64,000 nt of DNA from Eledone cirrhosa (Eukaryota): positions 76,632,001 to 76,696,000 of the forward strand of contig OZ024741.1 of NCBI GenBank assembly GCA_964016885.1, given 5' to 3'. Position numbers and translations under genes: made by a program. Below are positions 12,670 to 26,779 of the stretch, piece after piece; positions within the stretch are counted from its first letter, which is position 1, and every line of letters starts with the position of its first letter. The notes below the pieces were generated by a model. That model had not been told where the DNA came from, did no database searches, and worked only from the letters and a program-made list of their open reading frames with translations.

Positions 12670-13057
12670 AAAACTAAATAATTGTTTCTACTTTAGACAC
12701 AAGGCCAGCAATTACCCAGTACATTACTGGTACTTTATTTTATCGACCCCGTAAGGATGAAAGGCAAAGTTAACCTCGGCAGGATTTGAACTCAGACTGT
12801 AAAGGGACGTAATTATGCTAGAAAGCATGGAGTCCAACCCTCTACCGATACTGCCAAAACTAAATAATTGTTTCTACTTTTGGCACAAGGCCAGCAATTA
12901 TCCCAGTGTATTACTGGTACTTTATTTTATCGACCCCATAAGGATGAAAGGCAAAGTTAACCTCGGCGGGATTTGAACTCAGACCATAAAGGGCCGTAAC
13001 TCTTTGCTGCAAAGCATGGTATCCGACCCTCTACCGATACTGCCAAAACTAAATAAT
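12670..13057 (-). mobile_element. Head-to-tail dimer of the same SINE
   Basis: Two copies of about 187 bp, with aaaactaaataat at both ends and at the junction. Confidence 0.9.
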
Positions 13058-13653
13058 GTTATCTGTTCTCACTGGCTATTTCCACTTACAATAAGCCACC
13101 AAGGGAACTTCTATGTAGTTGCTTCACCTGCTAGATAAAGTAGCTAAATTTTCCTAAGATGACACCCCACTACCTTGAAAAGGCAGGTTGATGTTGGTTT
13201 TGTAATCCTAGAGAGTTATCACTTGAGACAAGTAGGAAGTAGTCATGCTTGGAACACTTTTGATCATAAGTCTACTCAGTGAAGGTTGACCAACAAATGA
13301 TAATGATAATAATGATTTATAACATTTGACAAAAAAGACAAATGCAATGGAGAGTTGATTAGATTAACAGTTGGGACTTTACTGGTATCTATTTAATTGG
13401 CATGAGGGTTGGAAATTTAGTTTGACTCCAGTGGGATTTATATAAACTTCAAGGCATTTAGTCCATCACTTTGCCATCCAGAGTAACAACAACAATGCCA
13501 AAAAAGGAGTTCATGATGAAACCACTAATCCCTAAATCTTCCAATTCCCTTGATGAATTCTTACTTTACCACTAACCTATATTGAGTTCTCAATGTTAGA
13601 AGTGTTAGTACTAAGTACACACTTATCAAATTATATTATATATATATATATAT

Positions 13654-13699
<46 letters not shown>

Positions 13700-13853
13700 C
13701 AGTGTCTCTACATATTGTAAGAGGCTACTAAAAGAGTTGAGGCCAGGAAGGCATCTGTCTATAAAATCTTGCCGCAAAAAGGACCCTATCATGAAGTCTT
13801 CTAGGCTAACCCCTGCTTTTGTGGGGAAATGGCCTTAAAAGGCTTCTTGTTGC

Positions 13854-13886
<33 letters not shown>

Positions 13887-16191
13887 CAATAGCCAAATTG
13901 CCAGGTGTATTTCTGACCTCTGTGAAAAGTTATACATCTCTGAGTCAAACTGTTAATACAAATTACATGATGATTTATGCCTATAGTTAATCAGCTTCTT
14001 TGCTAGGCAATAGTATTTATGCATTGCCTCCATTAGACCCAATTCTGCACTTATTGTTTGAATATCAAAAGCTGTAGTTTCAGATCTATCTTGATACTGT
14101 CTTGTTACCTCTCTATTTCTTTTTCTTGGGCCTTGAAAATCTTCTTTGAATACTCAGTAGAACATATATGTCCCTAACCAATGAATGAAATGGCCAAAAC
14201 AACAGAGTCAGCACTTCTGGGTGACTTGTATAATTGTCATATTGACTACCAGCTCGTCTTTTACTATGTCATTTGTTTTACTGTCTCTCAGTGTTACTAT
14301 TGTTGTAAACGTTAGACATTACATCTCAAAAGAGCATAGTCTATTTGGATATATTGAAATTGATGATTCAGTCCATCACCACTCTGAGTTTTTCTGTGGC
14401 AATCCAGTATATTTTAGGTACTTATTTACTGACTGCTCCAATGTATGAAAAACAAAGTAGAGCAAAATTTATCTCAGTGTGATTTGAGCTCAAGATTTAG
14501 GCAGAGGGATGGAGAAGTGAGATGGCTTCCATGATCCAAGATGACTTCACATAGAAGTCAATGTAAATGTGAGAAATATAAAAGAATAATCTACAGAGGC
14601 AAAGTGTTTTAGGTTTGTCTACAGACATTATTCTTCAGCAATCAATTTCATCAGAAAACAACTTTAAAATAGCACCTGATAGAAAAAACTCTGTCAAAAT
14701 GCATTCAGCAAAAGTAATTTTGGTACAGTCTTTAGAAGTAATTTTGGTACAGTCTTTAGAAACTTTGAAATATGAACTCTATATAAGGTATCTGAAAAAA
14801 GGAATTGTGCTAAAATGTACCAACTGGAAGAGTTGCACAAAATCTTACTGTAGTCCTTCAAAAATGTCACAGCAATAATTCTAAAAGTGCATCTGACACA
14901 AGGATTGTGCAAAAATGTATCAACCAAGAACATTTTGCACACAAAAATTCTCACTGCCTTCAAAAATTCAGAACAAGAATTCTAAGTGGGCATCTAAGTG
15001 GAATTGTACTAAAATACATTGAATCTCTTGTAGAAGTTCTTACAAAAATGAGAACTGTGTAAAAATGCATTTGATATAAAAACACTGTGCTAAAAGGCAC
15101 TTGATATAAGTATTTACCTGAACACAAACAAAAGTAAACAGACAACATCTTCTGATTGGGATTCTGAGACAAAAGAAGGGAAATGAAAGTGAGGAAAGAG
15201 AAAGAGAGAGAGGGAAAGAGATGAGATAAAACCCTTGTTGTTAATTAGTCCCAAGTCAGCTCTGATAAAGCTAAGATGAAAGGTGTTCCAGCCAGGGTAA
15301 TTCTTGGTTTGTATATCAAGGACTATATTGTCCAATGTGTCTTCTTTTTAAGATAGTATTGTGTGATTTGAGGGAGATTTGGCAGCTATTTTTAGCATGT
15401 TGAGCAACCAAGTAGAAGTTCCCCTCATTGGTGCTCTAGCATGAGAAATCAGTTTCCAATGTGTGAAAATGTGTCGATATGTATTTGCATACGAATATGT
15501 ATGTATGTGCATCTATGTGCATACATGCATATATATGTATCTATGTATGCGTATGTGTTTAAGTATATGTTTATGTCTAAATATTTATGTGTGCATGTGT
15601 TATATTAAACTTCATAAAACTAACATGTCTTTTCTCAAAACACCAAAAAGAAAAACAAACGGAAGACAGGAATATGACAGTATAGATATGTGTATGTTTA
15701 TGTATCTGTGCATATGTATGAATGTACATGTATGCATGCATATATGTATATGTGCATATGTATGTTATATCAAAGATTACAAAACTAACATGTCTTTTCT
15801 GAAACACTGAAAAGAAAAAGAGAAGGAAGACGGAAAGGTTAACTATCACTCACTCATTATCATCACTGGAAGTGGCACTATCATCATCATTACCATCATG
15901 ATCTTCATCATCTCCACCACCACCATCATCATCATAGTTATAACTATGTAATAATTTTTATTGCTGTGAAGGTTAGGAAAAGGAAAGGGCCTAAACGCAC
16001 AGCATATCTTCCTTCAATTATCTCAAGATTGGTTCCTGTTATGTGTAAAAACCTCCCAATCTCAGATTTAATCTTTACCAGAACTTCTAGGGTCTTCTTG
16101 TATTCACTGGACTGCTTATTTTATCTAATAGAAGCATTCTAAATCAATAAGTATAGGCACACACACATACACATAAATCAAATATCCACAT

Positions 16192-16542
16192 GGAGGCACA
16201 TGGCTTAGTGGTTAGAGCATTGGCCTTGCAATCGAAAGGTTGTGAGTTCAATTCTCAGACCGGGTGATGTGTTGTTTCCTTGAGCAAGACCCTGTATTTC
16301 ACATTGCTCCAGTTTACTCAGCTGTAGAAATGAGATGATAGGACTGGGGTCCCTATCATTCCACTGCAAAATGGTCGTGGAGGTGCCACGGCAAAAAAGC
16401 ACCCAGCACTCACTGTAAATGAGGTTGGTGTTAGGAAGGGCATCCAGCTGTAGAAATCAAGCCAGAATCAGTTCCCGTCCCCACCCTTGCAAGCAGGGAA
16501 AAGTGGATGTAAAATGAAATGATGATGATGATGATGATGATG
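16192..16542 (+). mobile_element. Second SINE family: tRNA head, Meta-like domain, RTE-derived tail, (GAT)n
   Basis: A box TGGCTTAGTGG, B box GAGTTCAATTC, gtgttgtttccttgagcaag..cattgctccagtttactcagctg, tail aggaagggcatccagctgtagaaa...(tga)n. Near-identical copies at 26780 and 47989. Confidence 0.85.
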
Positions 16543-17323
16543 ACACATTACATGTCACATACAACACACACACATTGTGAAGAAACATAGCCTAATGGTT
16601 ATGTTGCTGGGCTCACAATCATAAGATTGTGTGTTCAATTCCCAGGGGCAATGTGTTGTGCCATTGAGCAAGACACTTTATTTCACGTTACTTCAATCCA
16701 CTTAACTGACAAAAATATGTTATACCTGTAATTCAAAAGGCCAGCCTTGTCACACCATGCCACATTGAGTCTCTCTCTGACAACTACATTAAGGGTAGGC
16801 ATATCTGTGGAATACTCAGCCATTTACATGTTAACTGATAGAGGTCCAACATACACAAACACATTGAAGGAAATTAGTGGTGGTCTGCACCAGCAAAACA
16901 TGATCCCTAAAACTTTATAAATAAAAGTGAAATTTGAAGTGAGTTAAATTTACCAAGTGGAGTAGGAAATGTCTGATCATAGAATTTTTCAACCCTTGCA
17001 GCAAATTAAATTACATTTCTACAAACTTTTTATATATCAAATAGACACATGTACATCACACACACAAATACATACATACGCAAAATCTTAATTCTTATTC
17101 TGAGTAAAAATGAGAAAAATGGAAAAATACAAAGACAAAAAAATAAAAAGATATTCAAAGTAAAAGTACTTTTGTATTTACATCCCATAATACTTCTTAA
17201 TAAGTATTAAAGGAGAAAAATGGAGGGTGGTGTTACATTCCATGATGCATCTGGATAAGAAATAGATGGCGAAAAAACGAAGAGGGTGGTTGTTACAACA
17301 CATGATACATTGTTATTTTTCAG

Positions 17324-17359
17324 TGGCTTAGCAAGGGAAGGAAGGGGAAGCAACCATGA
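17324..17359 (+). CDS. Candidate terminal exon of the same plus-strand gene (WLSKGRKGKQP*), followed by a putative 3' UTR
   Basis: ttatttttcag acceptor, phase compatible with 3401-3461; followed by about 1.1 kb of TE-poor, T-rich sequence and AATAAA near 18469 and 18511. Confidence 0.3.
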   Translation, partial: WLSKGRKGKQP

Positions 17360-19784
17360 CTTTTTGCACTCTCCATGACTTGGGAAATGGAGGAAGAAAC
17401 TTTAGACTGGAAATCTGGTTCAAATGCTTGCAACAGAGTAGACATGGCTAAAAGTACCCAAGAGCCCAGCCAATTATGTTAAACCAGGCAATGGATTGGA
17501 TGAATAGATTTTTTTGAAAAATGTATGGTGCTGTTGGTGGATTTGGAAAACAGAAAATTTAGGTTTAATATATTTTCAAGCATGAAACCAATATCTTTCA
17601 GTGGAGAAGTCAATGGTGGTGTTTGGGTGTTACTATATGAGAGGTTTTTTTTTTTGTATATTTTTTCATTTAATGTCCAGTTTGTTTCTTGTTATTTTAT
17701 TTGTCCTCTTTTCTTTATTTTTTTCTTTCTCGTTTAAACAATTTGTATATCACTGTTATTTATTGAAATCATATATAGATTTCACCAGTTCAATTGAGGC
17801 GATGTTCAGGGCATCTTTTGTGTGAAATGTTATTAAAAAATTGAGCACTGGTTTTGTAAAGAGATGATATAGGACACGTGTGACTTTAATATTTCATAGA
17901 ATGTGAAAATATTTTTTTTTCACATAGTCTGTTTTACTGCATATCAGAAATTTCCTTCTTTTATTTTTTTTTGCTATATATATATATAAATGTATATATA
18001 TAATATATAAAGAGAGAGAGAGAGAGAGAGAGAGGGCGATAGGGCCAGGGAGAGGTGGAGGAGAAATTCATCATTAAGGATCCATAGTAATTCATATTTT
18101 TATACAAAAGAGATAAGGATTTAAATGAGCAGACCTAGTGAGAATGAGAAGGTGAAATAGAGAGAAGCAGAGAAAGAAGTGGAAAACGGGAGTGAGTTAG
18201 AGAGAGAAAAAGAAAGAGAGAGAATAAACATATGAAACAAAGAAAATACAGTAATGTATCTAAGTTGTAATGAATGTTGCCATGGTAAATGCTGTACATA
18301 TCAGTGCAGACTTTTTCAACCACTGCACTGCATGATCCACAGCACAGGTGTACTGGGATTTTCTGAGGAAAGTCAGAAAATGCCAGAATATTTAGAAATC
18401 TTGAGTTTTTTTAATAGACTGTATATATATTCTTTTGCAGCAAAGTGGAATGCATGTACTCATCTTTGAAATAAATCAATCTTTATACTCGTTTTTAATA
18501 TAAAACCTTTAATAAAGAGCTGATAGTGTGTCATAAGACATTTAACAGCTTATTCAGTGTACTGTGGATCTAATAGGGTTGAAAATTACTGTGCTAATGT
18601 ATATATATAAGACAATATTCAAAGCTATAAAAAAAAAGCATTGACAAAATAAGCAGTCTAAAATGTAAATATTTGAATTTGGAAATAGAGAAAACATCTT
18701 CAAGCATAATGGCCAGCATGTGGGGGTTGTTGTTGTTTATCGCCAAGTCAGCTTTGGGCAAGCAGATCTATGATCTAAGTTATTCTAGCCATAGCCATTT
18801 GATTATTACTTTTTTTTTTCATAATGAAACACCATCATTAACACCATGAAAGTTGGATGATAAAAATGAGGGCAATAAGCTATCATCAAACAGTTCTCTC
18901 ACACACACTCTCCCTCTCACAGAGCTAGATGCTTCATCTTGTCAGAAGATAACCATCATTTTTCAATTAAAATCTGTTCACATATTGTACAGCCATGTGC
19001 TCTGATATGACTTTTAACACCAACTGATGATTTACAAGGTCTAGAAAAAGCATAACATAGCAACAGAAATGGTTGGGTGTGTCTGTGGAATGTCACTTGT
19101 GTAGGGTGTTGCAGTTCAGCTTTGAACTTACACTTTTTGATGCACATCACACAGGCAGTGTTTTACAGATATGGAACTAACAGATTGATATCCATAGATT
19201 GTTTGTGTGATTATGTGTGCAATTTCATATAATTAGTTTGCACACAATACACACACACACACACATATATATATAGTTATAAAGGAAGTAAAGTTCCATA
19301 CAAATCAAAAATAAAAGTGAGAATGCACAGTTTATTTAAAGAATCTCTTTTTCTTAACTCCAACAAAACAAATATTTCTATATTTGGTACATCATATTTG
19401 TTTCGTTGGAAAGGGATTCTTTAAATATATTTCTGTGCTCTTTTATATAATATATATACATAAATATAAAAGAGCACAGAAATGTATTTAAAGAATCACA
19501 TTCTTTGTGTGTGTGTATGTGTGTATATATATACATATATATATATACATATACACACATATACATACATATAGCTCATGGAATTGAGGATGAGTTGATA
19601 CCTATGTGAAAAAGATTTCTTTAAAAACATTTTCTTTTTTGAAGGTTTGCCTCTGGCATACAAATAGTTGATGTCAATTACATTCAACTTTTGCAATAAT
19701 ACAACATAGTCTCTACTTAAATTGACTATTAATTAATAAATTAAATTTAAAAAAAACATTTTAGCCACTTGTATTAAACGTTAG

Positions 19785-20165
19785 TGCCCCGAAGGGTCTT
19801 TGGAGTAACATTACTCGATAGAGTGCGTGGCTCGGAGATCAGAGAGTCACTCCAGGTAGAGGTACTATTTTTCCTAATTGAGAGATCACAGCTCCGATAC
19901 TATGGGTATGTAGTTAGAATGTCTTAGGAAAGAATTGCTGGGCAGATTTTACGGGCAAAACCAACCGGCAGGAGACCCAGGAGTAGACCCCAAGCAAGAT
20001 GGTTGGATAAAAATCCATGAGCTTGGCTGGTCTTGTTTGGAGATCCAGCTGGATCAGTTGGAGATGGTTGCTTCTAACAGGACCTGCTGGAAGGAGTGTT
20101 TAAGGACTCTGCCCTAACGAGCCTCTCAGGAATAAGTGGTTGAAGAAGAAAAAGAAGAAGAAAAA
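19785..20165 (+). mobile_element. RTE-clade LINE 3' fragment
   Basis: GVTLLDRVRGSEIRESLQV...RSQLRYYGYVVRM*ERIAGQILRAKPTGRRPRSRPQARWLD, then a (GAA)-rich tail. Confidence 0.8.
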
Positions 20166-21798
20166 CCCAACAATGTGTTTAATATTATAGACTTTAAAAA
20201 ATCCAAGTTATCAAATATGTCATATATCCTATGATATGATTTTATAAATATATATGATGGACTGGACAGGTTTCAACAGCATGACCCTTGTGTATTTGAT
20301 GGAGAATGGGGATCAGTGGCGATTGTTGACTGACATAGCCTCTAGTGTGGCCCCCACCCAGTGAATGGTTGCGTCAGTAACAGGAAGATGATGATGTCTG
20401 TGTATAAATATATGAATATACATGTAAGTATATATAAATATGTGTGCATATATATATATATTTAAGTTTGGTGGTTTACCACTGGATAGAACTGGTCATT
20501 CCGTATAGTTAACCATGATTTGCAACAATAAAACTTTAAGGGAATTTCACCAGTCTGACTTCCTGTCATTTTAATCAAACTAATATATATATATACTTCG
20601 TTTTTGAATTTGTTTTGCCAGATTTCTTATCTGAAAACTTGAGTTGAAACATATTGTTATACTTTATATAACAAAGTATAACAATATATATATATATTCA
20701 TATATAAAGAGAGAGAGAGAGATGGGGGAAGAAGAGAAAGGGAGAGAGATACATACATACATACATAGACAGATAGATACACATATATATATATGAGTAA
20801 AGAAAAAAGTTTGAATCTAGGTAAAATAACATCATTATCTATATAACGAAATCTTATAATTAACATTGGGAAAATTATTTAAGGTGTAACATAAAACAGT
20901 TGATAAAAATGAAGGAAAACAATCTATCATTAAGTAGTTCATACACAGAAATGCATCATATAAGGACATTCACATATACACACAAACACACATACAAACA
21001 GACATTCACACATACACAAACATGTAAAGAAATAAACAAGAATCCAAGGAGAAGCTAATGATGGTCTGTTTAGCACATTTGAACATGAACCTATTTCACA
21101 TCATCATCATTCTCAATTAACATCTATTTTCCACGTCTTGCTCAGATGATCTGTTCTTTTGGCTTGGTTTTCTATGGTTGGATGCCCTTCAGAAATTTTA
21201 TACACATACATGTATATTCAATCGTGATATTATTTTCATAAATTCTACATACATACATGTATATTCTATGTTGACATTATATGGTGACAGCAGTAATAAA
21301 TTTCATAGATGGTAGGCTTGTAATGTTACAGACTAGGAAATCAGCATTATAATGGGAGGAAAAGAGAGGGGTAGGGGCAATAATCTGAAAAACATAATCA
21401 GCAAAGCATAGAACCAATAATCGAACAATGTACCCGATTTTTAAAAACTATTTTTGGGCTTTGTAACTCTTTTTTGTTTTGTTTTTTTATCTTAAAATTA
21501 GAAATAAAAATGAATCCAATATATAATTTAATTCAAAATATTTTCTTAAAACTTTAAAATTGAATAAAAAGGATAAAAAGATTTTCTTTTTAAATTCAGA
21601 GAAAGGAAGAGTGAGAGATAGTGAAACAAAGAGAAAGAGAGTGAATGAGTGAGTGAATGGAAATCTGAGATAGAGATGAGAGTATAGAGAATATGGAGGA
21701 GGATGTTTAATTAGCATTAGTTGCTGCACATTATATTTATATGAATGAGAATTGGAAATAAGTCACTGAGTGAGCAGTAGACATCATCATCATATATA

Positions 21799-21858
<60 letters not shown>

Positions 21859-21885
21859 TACATATATACACACATATATATATAT

Positions 21886-21932
<47 letters not shown>

Positions 21933-21966
21933 AATATGTATGTATGCAATATAAATTCCAGTTCAT

Positions 21967-22170
21967 TTAAACCCCATTAGTAGATTTCTGGTCCCGGTTT
22001 TTACTGAGGTTGAAAGTTTCTTGTGGTCCTGTGTGACCAATATCTTGCCAGGTGCTCAAGTTCATTTCTTGCCTGAACAACTCCCATCTATCGTCATCTG
22101 ATTCATGAGTAAGATATCGACTGCCTACTTGAGATTCAAGGACCCGGAGGTCACACCATGTCTGATAGTC
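21967..22170 (-). CDS. PRKD: Protein kinase D probable last coding exon ([29 protein letters not shown]...KSTNGV*)
   Basis: ttttcag acceptor, phase 0; DYQTW.DLR.LE and RY.THESDD.RW motifs; open to TAA at 21967-21969. Confidence 0.9.
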   Translation of the reverse strand, partial: DYQTWCDLRVLESQVGSRYLTHESDDDRWELFRQEMNLSTWQDIGHTGPQETFNLSKNRDQKSTNGV

Positions 22171-23331
22171 CTGAAAATAAAAAATAAAAAAAGAATTATA
22201 ATGATATAATAATTCTTTCTAACATTGGGACAAGGCCAGTAATTTTGGGGAAGGGGAAAGTTGATTATATCAGCCCCAGTACTTAACTGGAACTTTATTT
22301 TATCAACCTCGAAAGGATGAAAGGCAAAGTTGACCCAGGCACAGGCAGGATTTGAATTCAGAACATAAAGACCTGGAACAATTACTGCCTCACATTTGTC
22401 TGATGCTCTAACAACTCTGCCAATCCATTACCTTAATAATCATATAGTAGTAGTAGTAGTAGTAGTAGTGATGGTGATGATTTATTTTATTTGCCACAAG
22501 GGCAGCAAATGAGGGGGACATTACAGAGACAAATTACATAAAGTGCGAGGTTTTACATAAAATTAGATGAGAAAAAAAAGTATACATAGTATATATGATG
22601 TTGATAAACCCATGCTAGCATGGAAGATAGACGTTAAACGATGATGATGATGATGTCTTTCTAATACAGGAGAACCTTCAATAGGGACAATCAAAGAACC
22701 CCACAAATCCATGGTCAATTTGACCATCACAGTTTTCCTTTTCAAACTTATAGATTCTTGATGAAAGTAGAACCATTAATTCTTGCCATTTTTGCTTGCC
22801 ACCACCTTTTATATAATTCACTGGATGAGAGATTCCCCTCTCTATTCTCATACTTCTTTTCAAGTAGAAGTTATAAAAGTTGATGAGAGCTTGATTGAAG
22901 AGGCAAGTGTTAGTACTCAGTCATCACGACTTTGTTCATCATACAACCTATTTTGTTATAGCCCCCAGACAAAAAAACCCCATCTACCCACTCTTCCCAG
23001 TTAAAGAAAGAGTGGTGGTGTAATCTCTATGATGGACTCGACAGATAGCCTGATTCATCTTACATGTGACAGAAGCTGTTTGACATAACTCCATAGTCAG
23101 TAATACCTAAACATTGAATGAATGCATGCAGAATGGTCAGCTGATGACAAAGCCATTAATATATATTCCAGCTCTCTATGTCTTGCATTCAAATCCTTGA
23201 GATCAACTTTGCTTTTAATCAACTACAAATAAGAACCTGTAGTCCTTAAGGCAGTTCAACATTGTCTTCCACTTGATCCTGGCAACGTTTTTAATGTAAA
23301 ATATTTGAAGGAAAAGCCGTTTCCTATTTTC

Positions 23332-23392
<61 letters not shown>

Positions 23393-23544
23393 GCATCTGC
23401 ACAGTTTCCAACTACCAAATTTCAATTAACAAGGCATCAGTTAACCAGAGGCTAAAGTAGAAGATACTTGCCCAAGGTGCCACACAGTGGGGCTGAAACC
23501 ACAGGTTGAAAATGGTACATAAACAGAAAAATAGATAAGTTTAC

Positions 23545-23630
23545 CTGGAGCCAGACATGGGCTAATGACTTATCCACAGTAAATCGCTTCCTCATGTTTA
23601 CTTGCAGCAAGTTATTAATCAAATCGATGG
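23545..23630 (-). CDS. PRKD: Protein kinase D exon ([29 protein letters not shown])
   Basis: 86 nt, phase 1-0, aacag/gtaaac. Confidence 0.96.
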
Positions 23631-24735
23631 CTGTTAAATAAATTATGGAAAGAATAAAAGTTTAGGAAGTAAAGGGAAACAATCCTGCAATAACTAATAC
23701 ACAAATACATACGCATGCAGATACATATCTTTGTATACACTTCAAACAGAGCACTCTCTTCGTATTTTTGCCTCAAGCCTTTGTTGATACACATAATCAA
23801 TGTATGATTTCATTCCCATTTTCTTATATATACTTAGTGGTATTTTAGTCTTGCAAGCTTGTTAAATGAATATGATTCACTGAAAAGATCTAATAAGATT
23901 GAAACCAAATTGGTCTACTGATAAGGATCACTCCAACAGTATAGTCTAAAATTGTGCAATCTTGGATCAGCTAGGCAATAGGAGTTCTCTCTCTTGCTCG
24001 TTTCTCCTGATCTGAACATCCCTGAAGGAGTTTCAGTCTTGAAATTGAGAGGATAATCTTAGTTGATTAAAGATTTTATTTTTCATTCCCCATATTCAAA
24101 ATATGAGATTATTTGTATGTATATGTATGTACAAAAAAGAGCCAAGCAAACTCTTTAATCATGTCAAGAACACAACTTTTCTAGTGTTGGGGGTCAACAT
24201 GACAAATGCATCAAGTACATTCTATAAAGTGGAATAACGAGTTGGAAAGACTCTTCAGTCATGTCAAAGACATGACAACCTAGTGTTGCTAATCTACACA
24301 ATACTTGGTAGAGCACAAGAATGAATGTAAGCAAGATGTGGGCCACTGACCCATCCAAGCACATTGTAGGGTTTTAGAGCAGATGTAAGAGAGATGTGGG
24401 CCACTGATCTGTCAGAGTAGCTCATAGTGCATGGGAACTAATGTAAGAGACATGCGAAACCTGCCTGTCTGAAAGGTTAATATCTCCACTTGCATGCTGA
24501 CTTGTTTGTAATAACCTGTATAATCCTTGCCTTCAAGGAAAATGGACATTAAATGATAATAATGACTATCGTGATATATATATTGAGTGACTTAGAAAAT
24601 TTGAAATTTGAAAATATATTAGTCACAATGCAGGTAACTATATTTAAATAATTGTCAACTATTATTATAGTGATCTGCATTGTGGTGAATATATTTTCAT
24701 ATACATTTCATCATTTAACATCTGTTTTCCCTGCA

Positions 24736-24797
<62 letters not shown>

Positions 24798-25209
24798 ATA
24801 TAGGCAAAATTCCAGACATGGGGGCTGGAATCAAGGGGCCTAATAGTAAGCTTGTAGAACAGGATCTTGATACTGTCAAGGAAGCAACCTTGTACAATGT
24901 TAAAGAGGAGTAGGCAGAAGTTCAATAAGGTGCACACAATGTAATCTATGGATGCACAAGAGATGTAGTGGGATTACAGGCAGGTTGACGGAGATAAACT
25001 TTGTAAGTTGTGGATGCATGGGAGAAGTAAGCACTTGGAGCACATGGGAAATAGATTTCCTCAATTGTTCCCTAGAGGTTTTTGATGGCTTTTGTTGCCC
25101 GGGTGGTATAATCATTAGTGGGGGAGGATGCTCTGAGAGTGTGGCAGCTGGAGTGTGAATAATTTGCAGAAGTTTAGGGAGCTAGTACTTCTGCTGACAA
25201 TAAGGAGCT

Positions 25210-25700
25210 TCTCTCTCTAACCAACCATTCTTTCACTCCTATCTTCCTCCATGTTCATGTCATGGAACCCTACCAAACGTTTTCTCTGGATCAATAATCC
25301 CGTGAAAGTAATGTTTCCTCGTCTTGGTATTTCTCCTGCAACTACCTTACAATAAAAATTGCATCAGTTATTTCTTTTCTGGTACAAATCCAAACTGCAT
25401 TTCAGCAATCTTCACTTTTTTCCTTTTCTTTTCTAACACTTTCCAATACCTTAATTCCATATTCCAATAGCTTAATTGCTCTATACAAGGTCACTGTGTA
25501 GAAGAGAGCCTTTCCCCTTGAACAAAGAAATGAGAGTAATCAATTCTCAATTCTCAATCCAGTGGAAAGTCTTCTTTCATCACCAATTTACAGATCTCTC
25601 ATTATTTTTATACCCCAACTTCCCACTGTCTTGAACATATCTCTCACAACTCAACTATCAGCCCTCCTACTCTTCCACTCTTCATCTTCCTCAAGTGTAT
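25210..25700 (-). mobile_element. Degenerate RTE reverse-transcriptase fragment
   Basis: Minus strand reads IAEMQFGFVP..TDAIFIVR*LQEKY...EKTFGRVP; homologous to 61274-61762. Confidence 0.75.
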
Positions 25701-25731
25701 ATGGGTGTAATAACATTATGACAGACCATAC

Positions 25732-25838
25732 CTTCTTGTGATATATCTTTCCAAGGGTTTATTGGGTACATGAAAGAAGCATTTTGAATTTGATCACCAA
25801 TGTCTTCATCTTCATTGAATGGAAATGTGCCGCTTAAA
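25732..25838 (-). CDS. PRKD: Protein kinase D exon ([35 protein letters not shown])
   Basis: 107 nt, phase 2-1, ctctag/gtatgg. Confidence 0.96.
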
Positions 25839-26779
25839 CTAGAGTTAAATGGAATTAAAATCAAAAATAGTTTTTAGATGCTGAAAATCTAATGATATGT
25901 AAGTATATATTTATTTAATTTAAAGATATATAGTCCTTGAAAGAAATATTGAGAAGATTTCAACTGCAAAGAGGATTCAATACATAATAGCAGAGTATAC
26001 ATTAATTTATTAAGAATCAAATATTTTAAAACTCTACAAATGTTTCAATACATTGGTATTTCTTCTTCATAATACCTTTGGAAAAATACTGATGTAGTAA
26101 AACAGTTGTACACATGTAAGATAAATTCATACATATATATTATGCAAACAAACTGAATAAAAAAACAGTTTGAGGCATATATTAATTAAATCACATATGC
26201 ATTTTACTAGGACATGCCATGTTTCTTTAAAAAGTACAGCCACAAGTTTTCATCAGTTGGAATTAAATTATTCCATATTTTATATACTTGTTGACCCAAA
26301 TTATTCCATATTTTATATACTTGTAATGGTAAACGATGAGATATCAAAATTCCCAGAAAGGGTGATAGGTACTGCCCTTCCTTCTATAACTAAGTGATAG
26401 AAAAAATAACCATGAATAGATAAATAAACTTAAAATATTATTTTTATTTAAAGATAATAATTATCACCTTAACACCTTCAACATTGTGCACTCAATGAAA
26501 CTATTTAAATACTAGGATATTTTTCAACACGCGGAAGTGTATGTATGCATATGTGTATATGCATACATTTATATATATATGAGTATATAAATATAAATGC
26601 GCAAACACATACATTCACAAAGGCAGCAGATATAAAGAGAGAGGAGTAGTATGAGGTAGTCAAACTACTCCTCTTTCTTTTATGTGTTGTGACAGAATCG
26701 CAGAAATTTGTATATAGATAATAATAAAATGAATATACAAATAACAATGATATATATATTAAAAAAAAATATTATTCAT

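Noticed and set aside
20628-20662. ctgaaaa-cttgagtt-gaaac-atatt-gtt hammerhead-like string
   Set aside because: Core G8 is missing and stem I is only 3 AT pairs; indistinguishable from chance.
24800-25200. Higher-complexity segment with short ORFs on both strands
   Set aside because: No recognisable domain, and the PRKD exons join in phase without it; probably an old TE fragment.
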